A DNA stretch of 64,000 nucleotides from Ignavibacteriota bacterium (GTDB lineage Bacteria; Bacteroidota; Ignavibacteria; UBA10030; UBA6906). Below, piece after piece: positions 32,449 to 42,017 of this stretch (positions are counted from its first letter, which is position 1; every line of letters begins with the position of its first letter). Made by a program: the position numbers and the translations under genes. The notes beneath the pieces were generated by a model. The model was not told where the DNA came from. It saw nothing but the letters and a program-made list of their open reading frames with translations, and did no database searches. The stretch is taken from the NCBI GenBank assembly GCA_963801355.1, contig CAWDEM010000008.1:1056001-1120000 (forward strand), read 5' to 3'.

Positions 32449-32739
32449 ATGATTCTCGACTTCGGCGACCAGACGACGGAAGACCTCTTTAATGGCAGTG
32501 CTTCGAAGGCGGCTCGTCGCATCCCTGTCAGCCTATGGCCGATTGCCGTCCGAAAACTGGATATGCTGAATGCGGCGAGGGAGCTTCGAGACCTTCAGTC
32601 TCCACCAGGCAACCGCCTGGAGAAATTGAAGCGCTCGTTCGCCGGATTCCATAGTATCCGGGTCAATGACCAGTTTCGCATCGTTTTCCGATGGGTCGAT
32701 GGAAATGCCCGGGACGTCAGAATCACAGACTATCATTGA
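32449..32739 (+). CDS. higB: HigB-family (RelE/ParE superfamily) toxin
   Basis: RKLDMLNAA...PPGNRLEKL...HSIRVNDQFRIVFRW...ITDYH. Confidence 0.9.
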   Translation: MILDFGDQTTEDLFNGSASKAARRIPVSLWPIAVRKLDMLNAARELRDLQSPPGNRLEKLKRSFAGFHSIRVNDQFRIVFRWVDGNARDVRITDYH

Positions 32740-32749
32740 GGACACGGCT

Positions 32750-33022
32750 ATGATTCCGAACAAGCGAAGGCCAACACACCCGGGAAAGATTCTCCTCGAG
32801 GAGTTCCTTCTCCCCATGGGAATGACACAGGTTGAGCTTGCTGAGAAGATGGGGGTTCCCATCCAGCGCGTCAACACACTCATCAATGCCCGGCGGGATG
32901 TGACTGCTGAGACTGCAATTCTCCTTGGACGCGTCCTCAACACCTCGTCTGAGTTCTGGATGAACCTGCAAGTCGCATGCGATCTCTATGATGCACAGAC
33001 CACGCTGACGCATGCCGCGTGA
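32750..33022 (+). CDS. higA: HigA-family addiction module antidote
   Basis: PTHPGKILLEEFL, HTH, FWMNLQ; lies directly after the toxin. Confidence 0.9.
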   Translation: MIPNKRRPTHPGKILLEEFLLPMGMTQVELAEKMGVPIQRVNTLINARRDVTAETAILLGRVLNTSSEFWMNLQVACDLYDAQTTLTHAA

Positions 33023-33121
33023 CCTGACAGCCCGTGCTCCATGGTACCGCCCCTCCCCTTCCGCATGTCCAGCAGAATTCCAGAACGAAAATCGCCTCAG
33101 CAATGATCGTCGGGAAGAAGA

Positions 33122-33325
33122 CTAAACCTGCCGATTTCTTCGGGTGCCGTCAAGGAGCTCTTGCAGATCAACACCGATGCAAAGATCGATCGCTTCACGA
33201 ACACGCCGCATGAGCACGTGAAGTGATTTGGCCTGTGTGTGGCAACCTGGGAGTTCCGGAACGCTGGCCACATAGAAGCCTTCTGCGTCGCGTTCGATAA
33301 CCACGGCAAACTCGCGTCTTTTCAT
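33122..33325 (-). CDS. hicB: HicB-family antitoxin-like protein, orphan and possibly decaying
   Basis: FAVVIERDAEGFYVASVPELPGCHTQA...VREAIDL. Confidence 0.7.
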   Translation of the reverse strand: MKRREFAVVIERDAEGFYVASVPELPGCHTQAKSLHVLMRRVREAIDLCIGVDLQELLDGTRRNRQV

Positions 33326-33412
33326 CTTTGGCCTCCACACAAATGTAGTCCATTCCTGACTCTCGTGCGACACGGGCTCCGGGAGAGTCACTTCTGCAAG
33401 GCGTTGAAGGAT

Positions 33413-35509
33413 CTACTTCAGCAACAAAGCTTTTCTCGTCTTGATATAGTCCCCCACCTGCAGCCTGTACAGATACACTCCACTTGCCATTCCGATCGCG
33501 TTCCAGGTAACCGTGTAGGTTCCGGGGTCCCTCATTTCGTTCACCAGCGTCGCCACCTCGCAGCCGAGGATGTCGTATACGCCGAGCTGCACCCACCTAT
33601 TGCCTATTGCCTCGTGCCTACTGCCTATTCCCGGTACTGTGTAGCCTATCGTTGTACTCGGGTTGAAGGGATTGGGATAGTTCTGGGAGAGACTAAAGCT
33701 TTCAGGCGTTGTGCCGGCAACCTGCGGGACGCCGCTGGCCGTCCCGGGATCAGTGGCGAATTTCAGCCCCCAGACTCTGTTCCCTCTGTACAGCGCATTC
33801 GACTCGACATCGCAAATATTCACACTGAAATTGTACGCGGCATACTTTTGTAGTGCCTTGACGAGCAGTGGGTTTCTTCCCTTCTTGAGAATGACCGTTA
33901 CGGTATCTTTGTAATTCTCTGTTCCCGCGAATGTCCTTGTCCCCGAGTAATTGTACACGACGACGCCATTCAGGTAGATCCTCAAAGCCTCATCAGAGCC
34001 CACCCAGAGCTCAGCCCCCCGATCCGCCGGAGCCAGGATATACGTAAACGCGTAACTCAGTACGTTGCTGGTGCTTGTGCCCGCGGCAGCGTAATAATCA
34101 TTGAGCATGATCTGATCATTTATGAAATACACGGGTTGACTCCAACCGCCCCCTCCCGCTACAGGCGCTGCTGATGTTTCATTGGCAATGAACCCGCTGT
34201 CCATAGGATTCGCAATGCCGTCCGTCGAATAGGGGCCGTTCAAGAGCCATGTGCGATTGCTCTGTCCGTAGAGCCCACTCCATGTCTGGGGCTTCTTGAA
34301 AAGCCGCTTGGTCTGTTCGATGCTCGAACCCAGCACCGTGATGCTATCCGGGTTGTTTGTTCCCAATCCGACGCGCTCGGCAAGGGTGATGTGTTCAATA
34401 TCGTCCGGGTTGAGCCCCATGACCCGGCAGCACACATGATCGACCGCCACTGGATCGTACCCGGCAATAATCGTGTTCATCTTCACCCGGTTCTTGATAT
34501 TGATGTTGCTCGAATCGGACGTGTAGCTGGGCGACTTGTCGGTTTCAAGACACGCAAGCGCGTCCACAACCACGAACTTAATCCTGGCAAGCGTCGACAA
34601 ATCTACAATTTCTTTGTCCTGCCAGTTGTATGGCGCCTGCACAAGGTGATGAAGCTTGTGTACACGGTTTTCCTGAAGCACACCGGTGGTCTTGTTGAAC
34701 CCATAGCGTGTGCTGGGAGCGATACCTATCTGGTTCTTCAGCGCACAGGTGAATCCGGGTTCCTTGTGGATCTTCATAACGGGCACCGAGATGTATACGC
34801 TCGCGTGTGTGACGTCGCGGTGGAGGAAGTACTTCCCTGCCTGCAGCTGGGCGGATCCCCCTCCCGGCACAGTCACGGTGTCCAGTTCTGGCCACGGATC
34901 GGTGTCGGAATTGCCGTTGAGATTCGTAATCCGGAAGTTGATCCCCGCGGCAAGCGCTTCCGTTTTGAGAAGCTGATAGCCTGACACACCGAACAATTCC
35001 TTCCAGGCTCTCTGGCTCGTGCCAGAGGCCTTCTCAAAAGTTGTGAAGGGTCTGGGGGATCCGTCGCCGACGACAATGGCAATCTTTCCGTGATCGATCT
35101 CATCGATCAAATACACCAACGCCTTCACGACCCGGACATCGGTAACACCACCGCTCCCGCTTGAGTCAGCCTGGACAAGGTTGGGTTTGATCAGCACCGT
35201 GTCGCCACTCTTAACGACCCCGCTCAATCCTCCGGCGAGATCGACTGCCCGCCGGACCATCTGGGCTACTGTCTGGTAGGTTAGAGTTTCAGCGGTTACA
35301 GGACACGGATCGGCCAACACCGGATCATTCGACCGCACAATTGCGACTTTCGTTGCGGCGGGTGATTTCAGTGTCTCATCACGTGCGTCGAGGAACGACA
35401 GATGGCCCTCATGCTTCGTGTTATGTGCCCGGGTGAGATCCCACCAGATCCAAGCCGTCAAGGCAAGCACATAAAGCAGATATCGATAGTAGTGTCTTAA
35501 GAAATGCAT
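33413..35509 (-). CDS. DUF362-domain protein with a PA14-like region and T9SS CTD
   Basis: VLIKPNLV, TDVRVVKA, PVMKIH...CALKN and DPVAVD motifs; GSDEALRIYLNG; YPNPFNP...KALLLK. Confidence 0.8.
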   Translation of the reverse strand: MHFLRHYYRYLLYVLALTAWIWWDLTRAHNTKHEGHLSFLDARDETLKSPAATKVAIVRSNDPVLADPCPVTAETLTYQTVAQMVRRAVDLAGGLSGVVKSGDTVLIKPNLVQADSSGSGGVTDVRVVKALVYLIDEIDHGKIAIVVGDGSPRPFTTFEKASGTSQRAWKELFGVSGYQLLKTEALAAGINFRITNLNGNSDTDPWPELDTVTVPGGGSAQLQAGKYFLHRDVTHASVYISVPVMKIHKEPGFTCALKNQIGIAPSTRYGFNKTTGVLQENRVHKLHHLVQAPYNWQDKEIVDLSTLARIKFVVVDALACLETDKSPSYTSDSSNINIKNRVKMNTIIAGYDPVAVDHVCCRVMGLNPDDIEHITLAERVGLGTNNPDSITVLGSSIEQTKRLFKKPQTWSGLYGQSNRTWLLNGPYSTDGIANPMDSGFIANETSAAPVAGGGGWSQPVYFINDQIMLNDYYAAAGTSTSNVLSYAFTYILAPADRGAELWVGSDEALRIYLNGVVVYNYSGTRTFAGTENYKDTVTVILKKGRNPLLVKALQKYAAYNFSVNICDVESNALYRGNRVWGLKFATDPGTASGVPQVAGTTPESFSLSQNYPNPFNPSTTIGYTVPGIGSRHEAIGNRWVQLGVYDILGCEVATLVNEMRDPGTYTVTWNAIGMASGVYLYRLQVGDYIKTRKALLLK

Positions 35510-35526
35510 AATAGTCGTTCACTCTC

Positions 35527-36420
35527 TTAAAAAAGAGAATACACGGCCCCCGCGAAGCAGGAGAAAAAGAATGTCAGGAGGACGTAGAAGAGAAGCACTT
35601 TCCCGCCCAGAAGGGATTTGAAGGCGTACAGGGTCTCCAATTTCGTGGCCGGACCTGCAATGAAGAAGGCCAGCATCGCCCCTTTGCTCATCCCCATCTC
35701 CATGAGCGTCTGGACGAAGGGAATCGCAGCCCCACCGCATGAATAGAACGGCACGCCAAGTGCAATGGCCATAAGTGTCCCCATCCGCGCATGCTCGCCC
35801 AGAAGATCCGCGACAACCTGGGGAGGGACGAGGGCCTTGACTGCCGCACTCAATAAAATTGACACGGAGAACACTTTCGCCGTGTATCGCGCGCTACTCC
35901 AGAAATCAGCAGCTATGGTCTTTGGGGGAGAGTGTGGCGTGTCCGCAACGTCGGCGCGCGGGTGAGGGAGCAACTTGAAACTATACATCACGGCCAGCCC
36001 AGCCGTGCCGCCGAGGATGACTGCAGTCACTGTTCTCACGACAGCCAATTCGATGCCAAGCTGTGTGGCCGTAAGAAAGAACACGCTCGGATTCATTAAA
36101 GGTGATGCAATGGCGAATGCCAGCACTGCACTGAAGGGAATGCCCGCCGGCATCAACGAAAGCCCGACCGGGATCGCGGCATAGGTCGGCAGCGGGGAGA
36201 CTACTCCAATGATAGCAGCGGAAACAATGGTGAGAAGTTCACTGCGCGGGGAGAACGCCGGCTTCTTGCTTCTGAAATAACGTGTTGCCGCAACGCCAAT
36301 GATGATGCTGATGACCAGGTAAGGACCGATCGTCAATAGAAGGTCAACCGCCTCTTTCAGGATCCTGAGAGTGTAGGTCCCTTCCAGCAAGTCCAGGATA
36401 TAGTAATAGGCTTCGGACAC
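35527..36420 (-). CDS. Predicted permease (DUF318/ArsP_1-like)
   Basis: AFAIASPLMNP, GVPFYSCGGAAIP and AFFIAGPAT motifs. Confidence 0.85.
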   Translation of the reverse strand: MSEAYYYILDLLEGTYTLRILKEAVDLLLTIGPYLVISIIIGVAATRYFRSKKPAFSPRSELLTIVSAAIIGVVSPLPTYAAIPVGLSLMPAGIPFSAVLAFAIASPLMNPSVFFLTATQLGIELAVVRTVTAVILGGTAGLAVMYSFKLLPHPRADVADTPHSPPKTIAADFWSSARYTAKVFSVSILLSAAVKALVPPQVVADLLGEHARMGTLMAIALGVPFYSCGGAAIPFVQTLMEMGMSKGAMLAFFIAGPATKLETLYAFKSLLGGKVLLFYVLLTFFFSCFAGAVYSLF

Positions 36421-36482
36421 GAATATAGTTCCTCCGCCTAAGATATGCAGAAATTACTCGCATTCAAACGTTCGATCAGATC

Positions 36483-37586
36483 TCACCGGAGAAGCAACAT
36501 CTTTCGCACATCCGTCTTCTGGTCAGTCGCCAAACGGTAGAAGTAGATCCCCGACGCAATGTCTACCGCATCGAATTTTATCACGTAGTATCGTCCCGCC
36601 TCCGCCGTACCGTCAAACATCGTCGCGACCTCTGCCCCCAGCATATTGTACGCCTTCAGCACCGCCTTGCCCGTCGTCTCTACCGAAAACTTCAACTGTG
36701 TACTCGGATTGAACGGATTCGGATAATTCTGCAAGAGCTGTAGTACCCGCGGCGCCACTTCCGCAACATCCGTCAACGTCACCTGCACAATCACACCCTC
36801 AGTGTAGTGAATCGGCCCGTCCATGTCCTGTTGTTTCAACCGGTAGGTGTAAATGCCCGCCTTGGGGATGCTCCTGTCCACGTAACTGTACACCTGGGAC
36901 TCGGATGTCGTGTTATGACCTTCAATGAAGGCACCGACCAGGTCGGCAAAGTCCGCGTCACCCTCCCCCTTGCGCTGCACAGTGTAGCCGAGGTTGTTCA
37001 CCTCGCTCGATGTCTTCCACTCCAGCACCACGCCCCCCTTGCTTGCGTTGGCACTTCCCGCAAATGACACAAGAGTTACCGGGAGCGGATTGTTGTCCGG
37101 ATTTATCCACGTGAAACTGCTCTTGATGGCCACCCCTGCGAAGTTGTAGGGCGAGCTGAACGTGGTGTTCCACGTAATCCCGGGACGCCCCGTCGGATTC
37201 ACAATTGTGAAATTCAGCCGTCCGATGTGTGTCGCTGTTCCGGGAATATCCGAGCCTGTGCCCGAGGAGCTCTTTACAATGTCCAGACTCGCTCTCGGCA
37301 CTACATTGCTCGCGCTCAGATCACTGTAGCTTGCGTTGCTCCCGTCGTCCCACCGCCCGTCCATCGCCGCATCCTTGCCGATAAACGTCAGCACAGCCGG
37401 GTCGTAATCGATGGCAAACACCGCATCTCCTAGTAAGGCCGTCGGTCCCGTGCTCGTCACTATGTACAGATCAACATGGAGCATTGCATAGTCCGGAATT
37501 AGTTGGACTGTGGCGACATACTCCTGACCGAACCCCAAACCACTAGCCAGAGACATTGTCATCAACATTAATCCTAATCGTCGCAT
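36483..37586 (-). CDS. Secreted cohesin-like domain protein with PLPV-Ig linker domain and T9SS CTD
   Basis: ATG 37586 with AAGGAG; FAIDYDPAVLTF...IGRLNFTI; PLPVTLVSF...LEWKTSSEVNNLGY; QNYPNPFNP...KMLLLR. Confidence 0.65.
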   Translation of the reverse strand: MRRLGLMLMTMSLASGLGFGQEYVATVQLIPDYAMLHVDLYIVTSTGPTALLGDAVFAIDYDPAVLTFIGKDAAMDGRWDDGSNASYSDLSASNVVPRASLDIVKSSSGTGSDIPGTATHIGRLNFTIVNPTGRPGITWNTTFSSPYNFAGVAIKSSFTWINPDNNPLPVTLVSFAGSANASKGGVVLEWKTSSEVNNLGYTVQRKGEGDADFADLVGAFIEGHNTTSESQVYSYVDRSIPKAGIYTYRLKQQDMDGPIHYTEGVIVQVTLTDVAEVAPRVLQLLQNYPNPFNPSTQLKFSVETTGKAVLKAYNMLGAEVATMFDGTAEAGRYYVIKFDAVDIASGIYFYRLATDQKTDVRKMLLLR

Positions 37587-37626
37587 TGCTATCTCCTTCG
37601 TCATGCCGGCAAGTGATGCTACGGTA

Positions 37627-40317
37627 TTACGGAACATTTGTGCCGCGCAGATTATTCGCGCGAACAATCGTCAACTCATCCGACAGCACCACCGCATCGT
37701 CCATATTGACATCCGCTTTGTTGTACCCAGCCTGAAGGTTGTTCGTACGTATCACCGTCAGTTCGTCCGACAGCACAATGGCGCCTTCCGGCGTTACATC
37801 CCCCGCATACATCGCGTATATGCCCGGTGTCACCTCCACCATGGAAGCCAGGCCGTAAGCCATGCCAGCCGCCCTGAAGTCAGCCAGCCCGTTGACCGGG
37901 GTCAACCCGAAGTGATTCGCACTCATCACTGCCAGATGATTTCGATGTCTGAGCACAATATAGTAGAGCCCCTCCGCAACCCCCGGAAATCCCACGGGAC
38001 TCAGCCCATCCAAGTCGACAATGAATCCATCCCTTTTCACGAAAGCAGCCCGTGTCGCAGTTGTGCTCGACGCGGCCGTGCCTGTACGTAGTTGCACCAG
38101 TACCCAGTCGACAACGTCTGCGGGGATGCTCGACACCGATTCCGTCCCGGCATAGTTCCACGGGGCAATGTTGTACGGCTGGGTCAACGGAATCGATCCT
38201 GCCGTCCGCAGTGCTGTCGACATCATCCCGGCGGCGAACGGGCCCTGCAGCAGGACCCGCGCATTGCAGCTCACCGGAGTTCTGCGGAATACTGCGCGAA
38301 CGGCAATATCCAAGTCCACCAAATTGTCAAAAGTTGTACCATTCGTTGAAGAGTATGAATTTCCAGTGGCCGGAAGGGTGATGTCGACAGGAACTGTATA
38401 TCCGTCTGACGCTCTCTGGAAGACCATTTTCACGTAGATGGGCACGTTTTGCGTTACATCAATTGCAGGTGAGAAATTCAACTCTACGAAACTCGTTATC
38501 CCCGGGGAAGCTCCTCCTACCGGACTACCTAATTGCCCTGACAACGTCTTTGAGGTGAAATTGGCATACGCAGTTGCAGTGATATTTGTATACCATCCCC
38601 CGTAGCTGAACACCCTCAGTCCTTCAAGTTTACCTGTAAAAGCAGGAGTACACCTCACCATCGCATATCCGGTAGGTGATATTGAAGACCCAATGAACCA
38701 ACCGTTGAATGTTCTATAGAACTGCAGGGGATAGCCATAGTAAGTGGGGAGAACAGCCGCGGCTGTCATTGTAGCTCCAGATGCAGAGATGCTGGTTATT
38801 TCCACACCGCTCGCATTCGTATTCCAGAGCCTCGAGTTAGGTGTGGATGTTTGAGTCAAAGATGTATTACCTGTTGAACCAGGATAAGGATCTCCTGCGT
38901 CACCTCTGTTTGTATTTCCTGCCATTTGCTCCAAACCGTCAGCCTCATAAACCTTAACACCCAAGTGCGTATTGGTCACATTCACCCCATTAGAAGCCGG
39001 CCAGATATCAGCCAGATTCTTGTCCACATGATAAATCAACAACCCTGAGGTCGGCAGATTGAGATCAAATCCGGTCTGTTGTCTGTTCTCAATGAGCATA
39101 TACTCATCGGACTTGTTGTTGTCCATCCAGATTTTGTAGGAAAATGAATTCGTTTCAGCCCTAGGGATACTCAATGCTTGACTTGACGCAACGACAGTTG
39201 GGTTTGTATATCCCAGAAGTTCTTTGCAGTAAGCAGACATGTGTGACGGCCTTTCGGGAGTGTATCCATTTCCGCCCCAGCTTCCGCCGGCCATCAAACA
39301 CCAGTTACCTACACCTTGAGAACTTCCGTGTGAAGCGCCATCCGTATCATAAAGGTCAGGTAACCCAAGCATGTGTCCGTACTCGTGGCAAAACACTCCA
39401 ATATCAACATGATTTGACCCGTACAGTTCCGGCATGATAATATACATGTTTATGGTTTTTCCATCGTACGTCCTCGAATACGGCGTGCTCAGACCACCTG
39501 TATGGGACCAAATGTACTGCGTCTGGCTGCCTTCTTCGGCGCCTCTACCGGAATGCACTATGAAGAGTCCGTCGACAGCACCGTCGCCATCGTTATCGTA
39601 GAGCGAGAAATCAACTCCGTTTGCTTCTGCTGCATCAACACATTGGCTTACAAGTTCCCTCACATGTGTCGAGTAATTCGCATTACTATATGCATAATAG
39701 GACGATGGCTGTGCAGCGGTAATCCAATCTTTGTAGTCTGCCTGTATCGAGACAGCCTCATATGACACGTCCTTATAGTACTTGCTCATGCCGCCAATCC
39801 CGTCTTTCCAACTGTCATTGTTTACCATATCTTGAAAGCTCGCGCTCGTTTGAGTCGCAACGAGATCCGAATACTGCACACACAAAATGAGGACATGCAT
39901 TACCGCACTCTGCGGTTGCATCAACCCCTGAATACTCTTGTGAAGAGTATTGTCATCAACATATTTCTCCGTGCGGAAAGCCTGTTGTTTTTCGGCGATC
40001 ACCTGTTGTGACTCTGTCAGATGCTTGGGGATACTCATCATCGTTTGATTCGGGGGCAGTTTGCTGCCGCCCTGCACTTTGTACGCACTCGGAATGAACC
40101 TGCCTTCGGGACTTAGTGTCGCATAGTACCAGTACTCATCGCTCCCTCTAATTACGACGTAGCCGTCCAGGGTCTCGGCATAGTTGTAGCGCTCATCGCC
40201 AAAGCCCACCACGCTGAAGGTTGTTCCGTCAGGTTGTGAGACGACAGTTGGTGTGCGCTTCGCCGGCATGGAAAAAAGGGAGGCGCTGCATAACATCAGG
40301 AGAAGTACTTTCTTCAT
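37627..40317 (-). CDS. M6 (immune inhibitor A-like) metalloprotease with a C-terminal dockerin-like tail and no T9SS CTD
   Basis: QPDGT propeptide, YDNDGDGAVD, HEYGHMLGLPDLYD and WCLMAGGSW motifs; tail GDVTPEGAIVLSDELTVIRTNN...ADVNMDDAVVLSDELTIVRANN. Confidence 0.85.
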   Translation of the reverse strand: MKKVLLLMLCSASLFSMPAKRTPTVVSQPDGTTFSVVGFGDERYNYAETLDGYVVIRGSDEYWYYATLSPEGRFIPSAYKVQGGSKLPPNQTMMSIPKHLTESQQVIAEKQQAFRTEKYVDDNTLHKSIQGLMQPQSAVMHVLILCVQYSDLVATQTSASFQDMVNNDSWKDGIGGMSKYYKDVSYEAVSIQADYKDWITAAQPSSYYAYSNANYSTHVRELVSQCVDAAEANGVDFSLYDNDGDGAVDGLFIVHSGRGAEEGSQTQYIWSHTGGLSTPYSRTYDGKTINMYIIMPELYGSNHVDIGVFCHEYGHMLGLPDLYDTDGASHGSSQGVGNWCLMAGGSWGGNGYTPERPSHMSAYCKELLGYTNPTVVASSQALSIPRAETNSFSYKIWMDNNKSDEYMLIENRQQTGFDLNLPTSGLLIYHVDKNLADIWPASNGVNVTNTHLGVKVYEADGLEQMAGNTNRGDAGDPYPGSTGNTSLTQTSTPNSRLWNTNASGVEITSISASGATMTAAAVLPTYYGYPLQFYRTFNGWFIGSSISPTGYAMVRCTPAFTGKLEGLRVFSYGGWYTNITATAYANFTSKTLSGQLGSPVGGASPGITSFVELNFSPAIDVTQNVPIYVKMVFQRASDGYTVPVDITLPATGNSYSSTNGTTFDNLVDLDIAVRAVFRRTPVSCNARVLLQGPFAAGMMSTALRTAGSIPLTQPYNIAPWNYAGTESVSSIPADVVDWVLVQLRTGTAASSTTATRAAFVKRDGFIVDLDGLSPVGFPGVAEGLYYIVLRHRNHLAVMSANHFGLTPVNGLADFRAAGMAYGLASMVEVTPGIYAMYAGDVTPEGAIVLSDELTVIRTNNLQAGYNKADVNMDDAVVLSDELTIVRANNLRGTNVP

Positions 40318-40662
40318 GGCGGACAATCCTCAATTGGACCTGGTGCGATGGCCAATTGTAGGGAACCCGCCAGTCAATGTCAAATTGTCGCTTGGTGAAT
40401 TGATTCCGTACCGAAAGGAGAAAATTTTAGGGCTGGCGTTGGATCAGATGGCAGCAGACATTTCGACCTACGGCTATCGGCCAGTTGCCCAGGTCATGGG
40501 ACCCTCGTGAAGATCAGCCGGCCGGATGGGTTGTGATGACGGTGACATTCTTGATCTCTTCAATACCATAGGATGTGACAACTCCATCATCTGAACAGGA
40601 CAGAGGAGAGCGAGCATAGCAGCCGTGGCAGGCAAAAGTCTCAAGGCAACTTCCCTCCCGTC

Positions 40663-41430
40663 CTAGCGACTCCTATCAATCCAAAACACAATTGTCCCGT
40701 TTGAAAGGCCCCAGGTCGACGGCCTTCCGAAAAACCGTCCGCTCATAACCCCGGATGTGTCCCAATCCTGAACCTTCAGGAGGCCTGTACGAATTGTGTC
40801 AATCCTCGTTCCGGGATAGTCCGGTTTGCTAACGATCCATGCATTTGTCAGAAAGGGAAGCTGGTTTGTCCCCCTGTTCACCAGACTAAAATGGCACTGA
40901 AAGACCATACCGCCGGTTGCGAAGTCCCGCCTGAGGTGGACTGTATCGCCGGATATGTCAGCCGTCCAGGTCCGGCGGAACCCCATGTAGTCGACAACGC
41001 TGGAGTCTTCCGCTGTAATGGGAGGCGTGATGTCATAGTTACGGACGGAGAGTGTCAGTGTGTCCGTTACCTCCGTCACTGTGAATGCCGGAGTCACACC
41101 GAACGGATCTGACCCAAGCGACACTGAAATGGGACCCGACACCGCGCCAAACGGGACTAAGGCATTGATGGTGGTTCCTGTGTCGCAGTTGGCCATCAAC
41201 GCCCAATCGGCACCCCGGAAATAGACCAGATACGAATAGGTCGCCACGAAATGAGCATCCAGGATTGTGATGCGACTTCCGATTTTCCCATCGTTTGGCT
41301 TGACCGTTGGAGAAAACAGCTTTGAGATCTCTTCCGGGGGCACAACGGCGGAGCCATCGTCCGAACAACTCATTAGAACGAGTGCACACGTCAGGGCAAC
41401 GCCGAATGCAAACCGAGAGGTCTTATTCAT
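40663..41430 (-). CDS. Lipoprotein with an IPT/TIG-like domain
   Basis: LMSC lipobox; GKIGSRITI...VPFGAVSGPISV. Confidence 0.6.
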   Translation of the reverse strand: MNKTSRFAFGVALTCALVLMSCSDDGSAVVPPEEISKLFSPTVKPNDGKIGSRITILDAHFVATYSYLVYFRGADWALMANCDTGTTINALVPFGAVSGPISVSLGSDPFGVTPAFTVTEVTDTLTLSVRNYDITPPITAEDSSVVDYMGFRRTWTADISGDTVHLRRDFATGGMVFQCHFSLVNRGTNQLPFLTNAWIVSKPDYPGTRIDTIRTGLLKVQDWDTSGVMSGRFFGRPSTWGLSNGTIVFWIDRSR

Positions 41431-41525
41431 GTCCGAGTTCACTACGAAATCCAAAGAAGCACATCTTTGACCTTGCCCCTATTGATCTCGCTCATGGAGT
41501 CGATCTAGAAAAGAACCCCTTACCC

Positions 41526-41939
41526 TCAACGGGACACTGTCACGCTGAACCACACGGAATTCCTGGGTGGATCATTCGGCAACCAACCTTGTCGCTCGAC
41601 CAGTTCAACGGCGCACTGACCTGGTTTTGTTCCTCGGAAATAAAACGTCTCGACAGTCATGCCCCCACACAAGTTCCAGTTGCCGCTTTTCGGCCGATAG
41701 CTCGTGCTGTCCAATTGAAAGACGGCTGGATCGCTGATCTTGTGATACCAGGAGTATCCGGCATCGGCATTCAAGTCCAACTCCAACACAAATGAACCGT
41801 TGGGTTTGAGGAAGATACTTTTGCCATTGACAGATGAGCCCGACGGTGCTTCAGAATCCACGGGCACGCCAAGATCGCAACCGGAGAATAGCAGGACGAG
41901 CAACAGCAGAGTGTGGATGGTTTCCGATGAATGTCTCAT
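41526..41939 (-). CDS. Protease inhibitor I42 (chagasin) family lipoprotein
   Basis: LELDLNADAGYSW...CGGMTVETFYF...RQGW; FSGC lipobox. Confidence 0.7.
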   Translation of the reverse strand: MRHSSETIHTLLLLVLLFSGCDLGVPVDSEAPSGSSVNGKSIFLKPNGSFVLELDLNADAGYSWYHKISDPAVFQLDSTSYRPKSGNWNLCGGMTVETFYFRGTKPGQCAVELVERQGWLPNDPPRNSVWFSVTVSR

Positions 41940-42017
41940 ATCAAGACGCCCCCCTTTCCTCCGCAATCTTCGCTTTGTGCAGCCGGTCAAATCGACCCGG
42001 CGAGAACCCCGGGGTTC

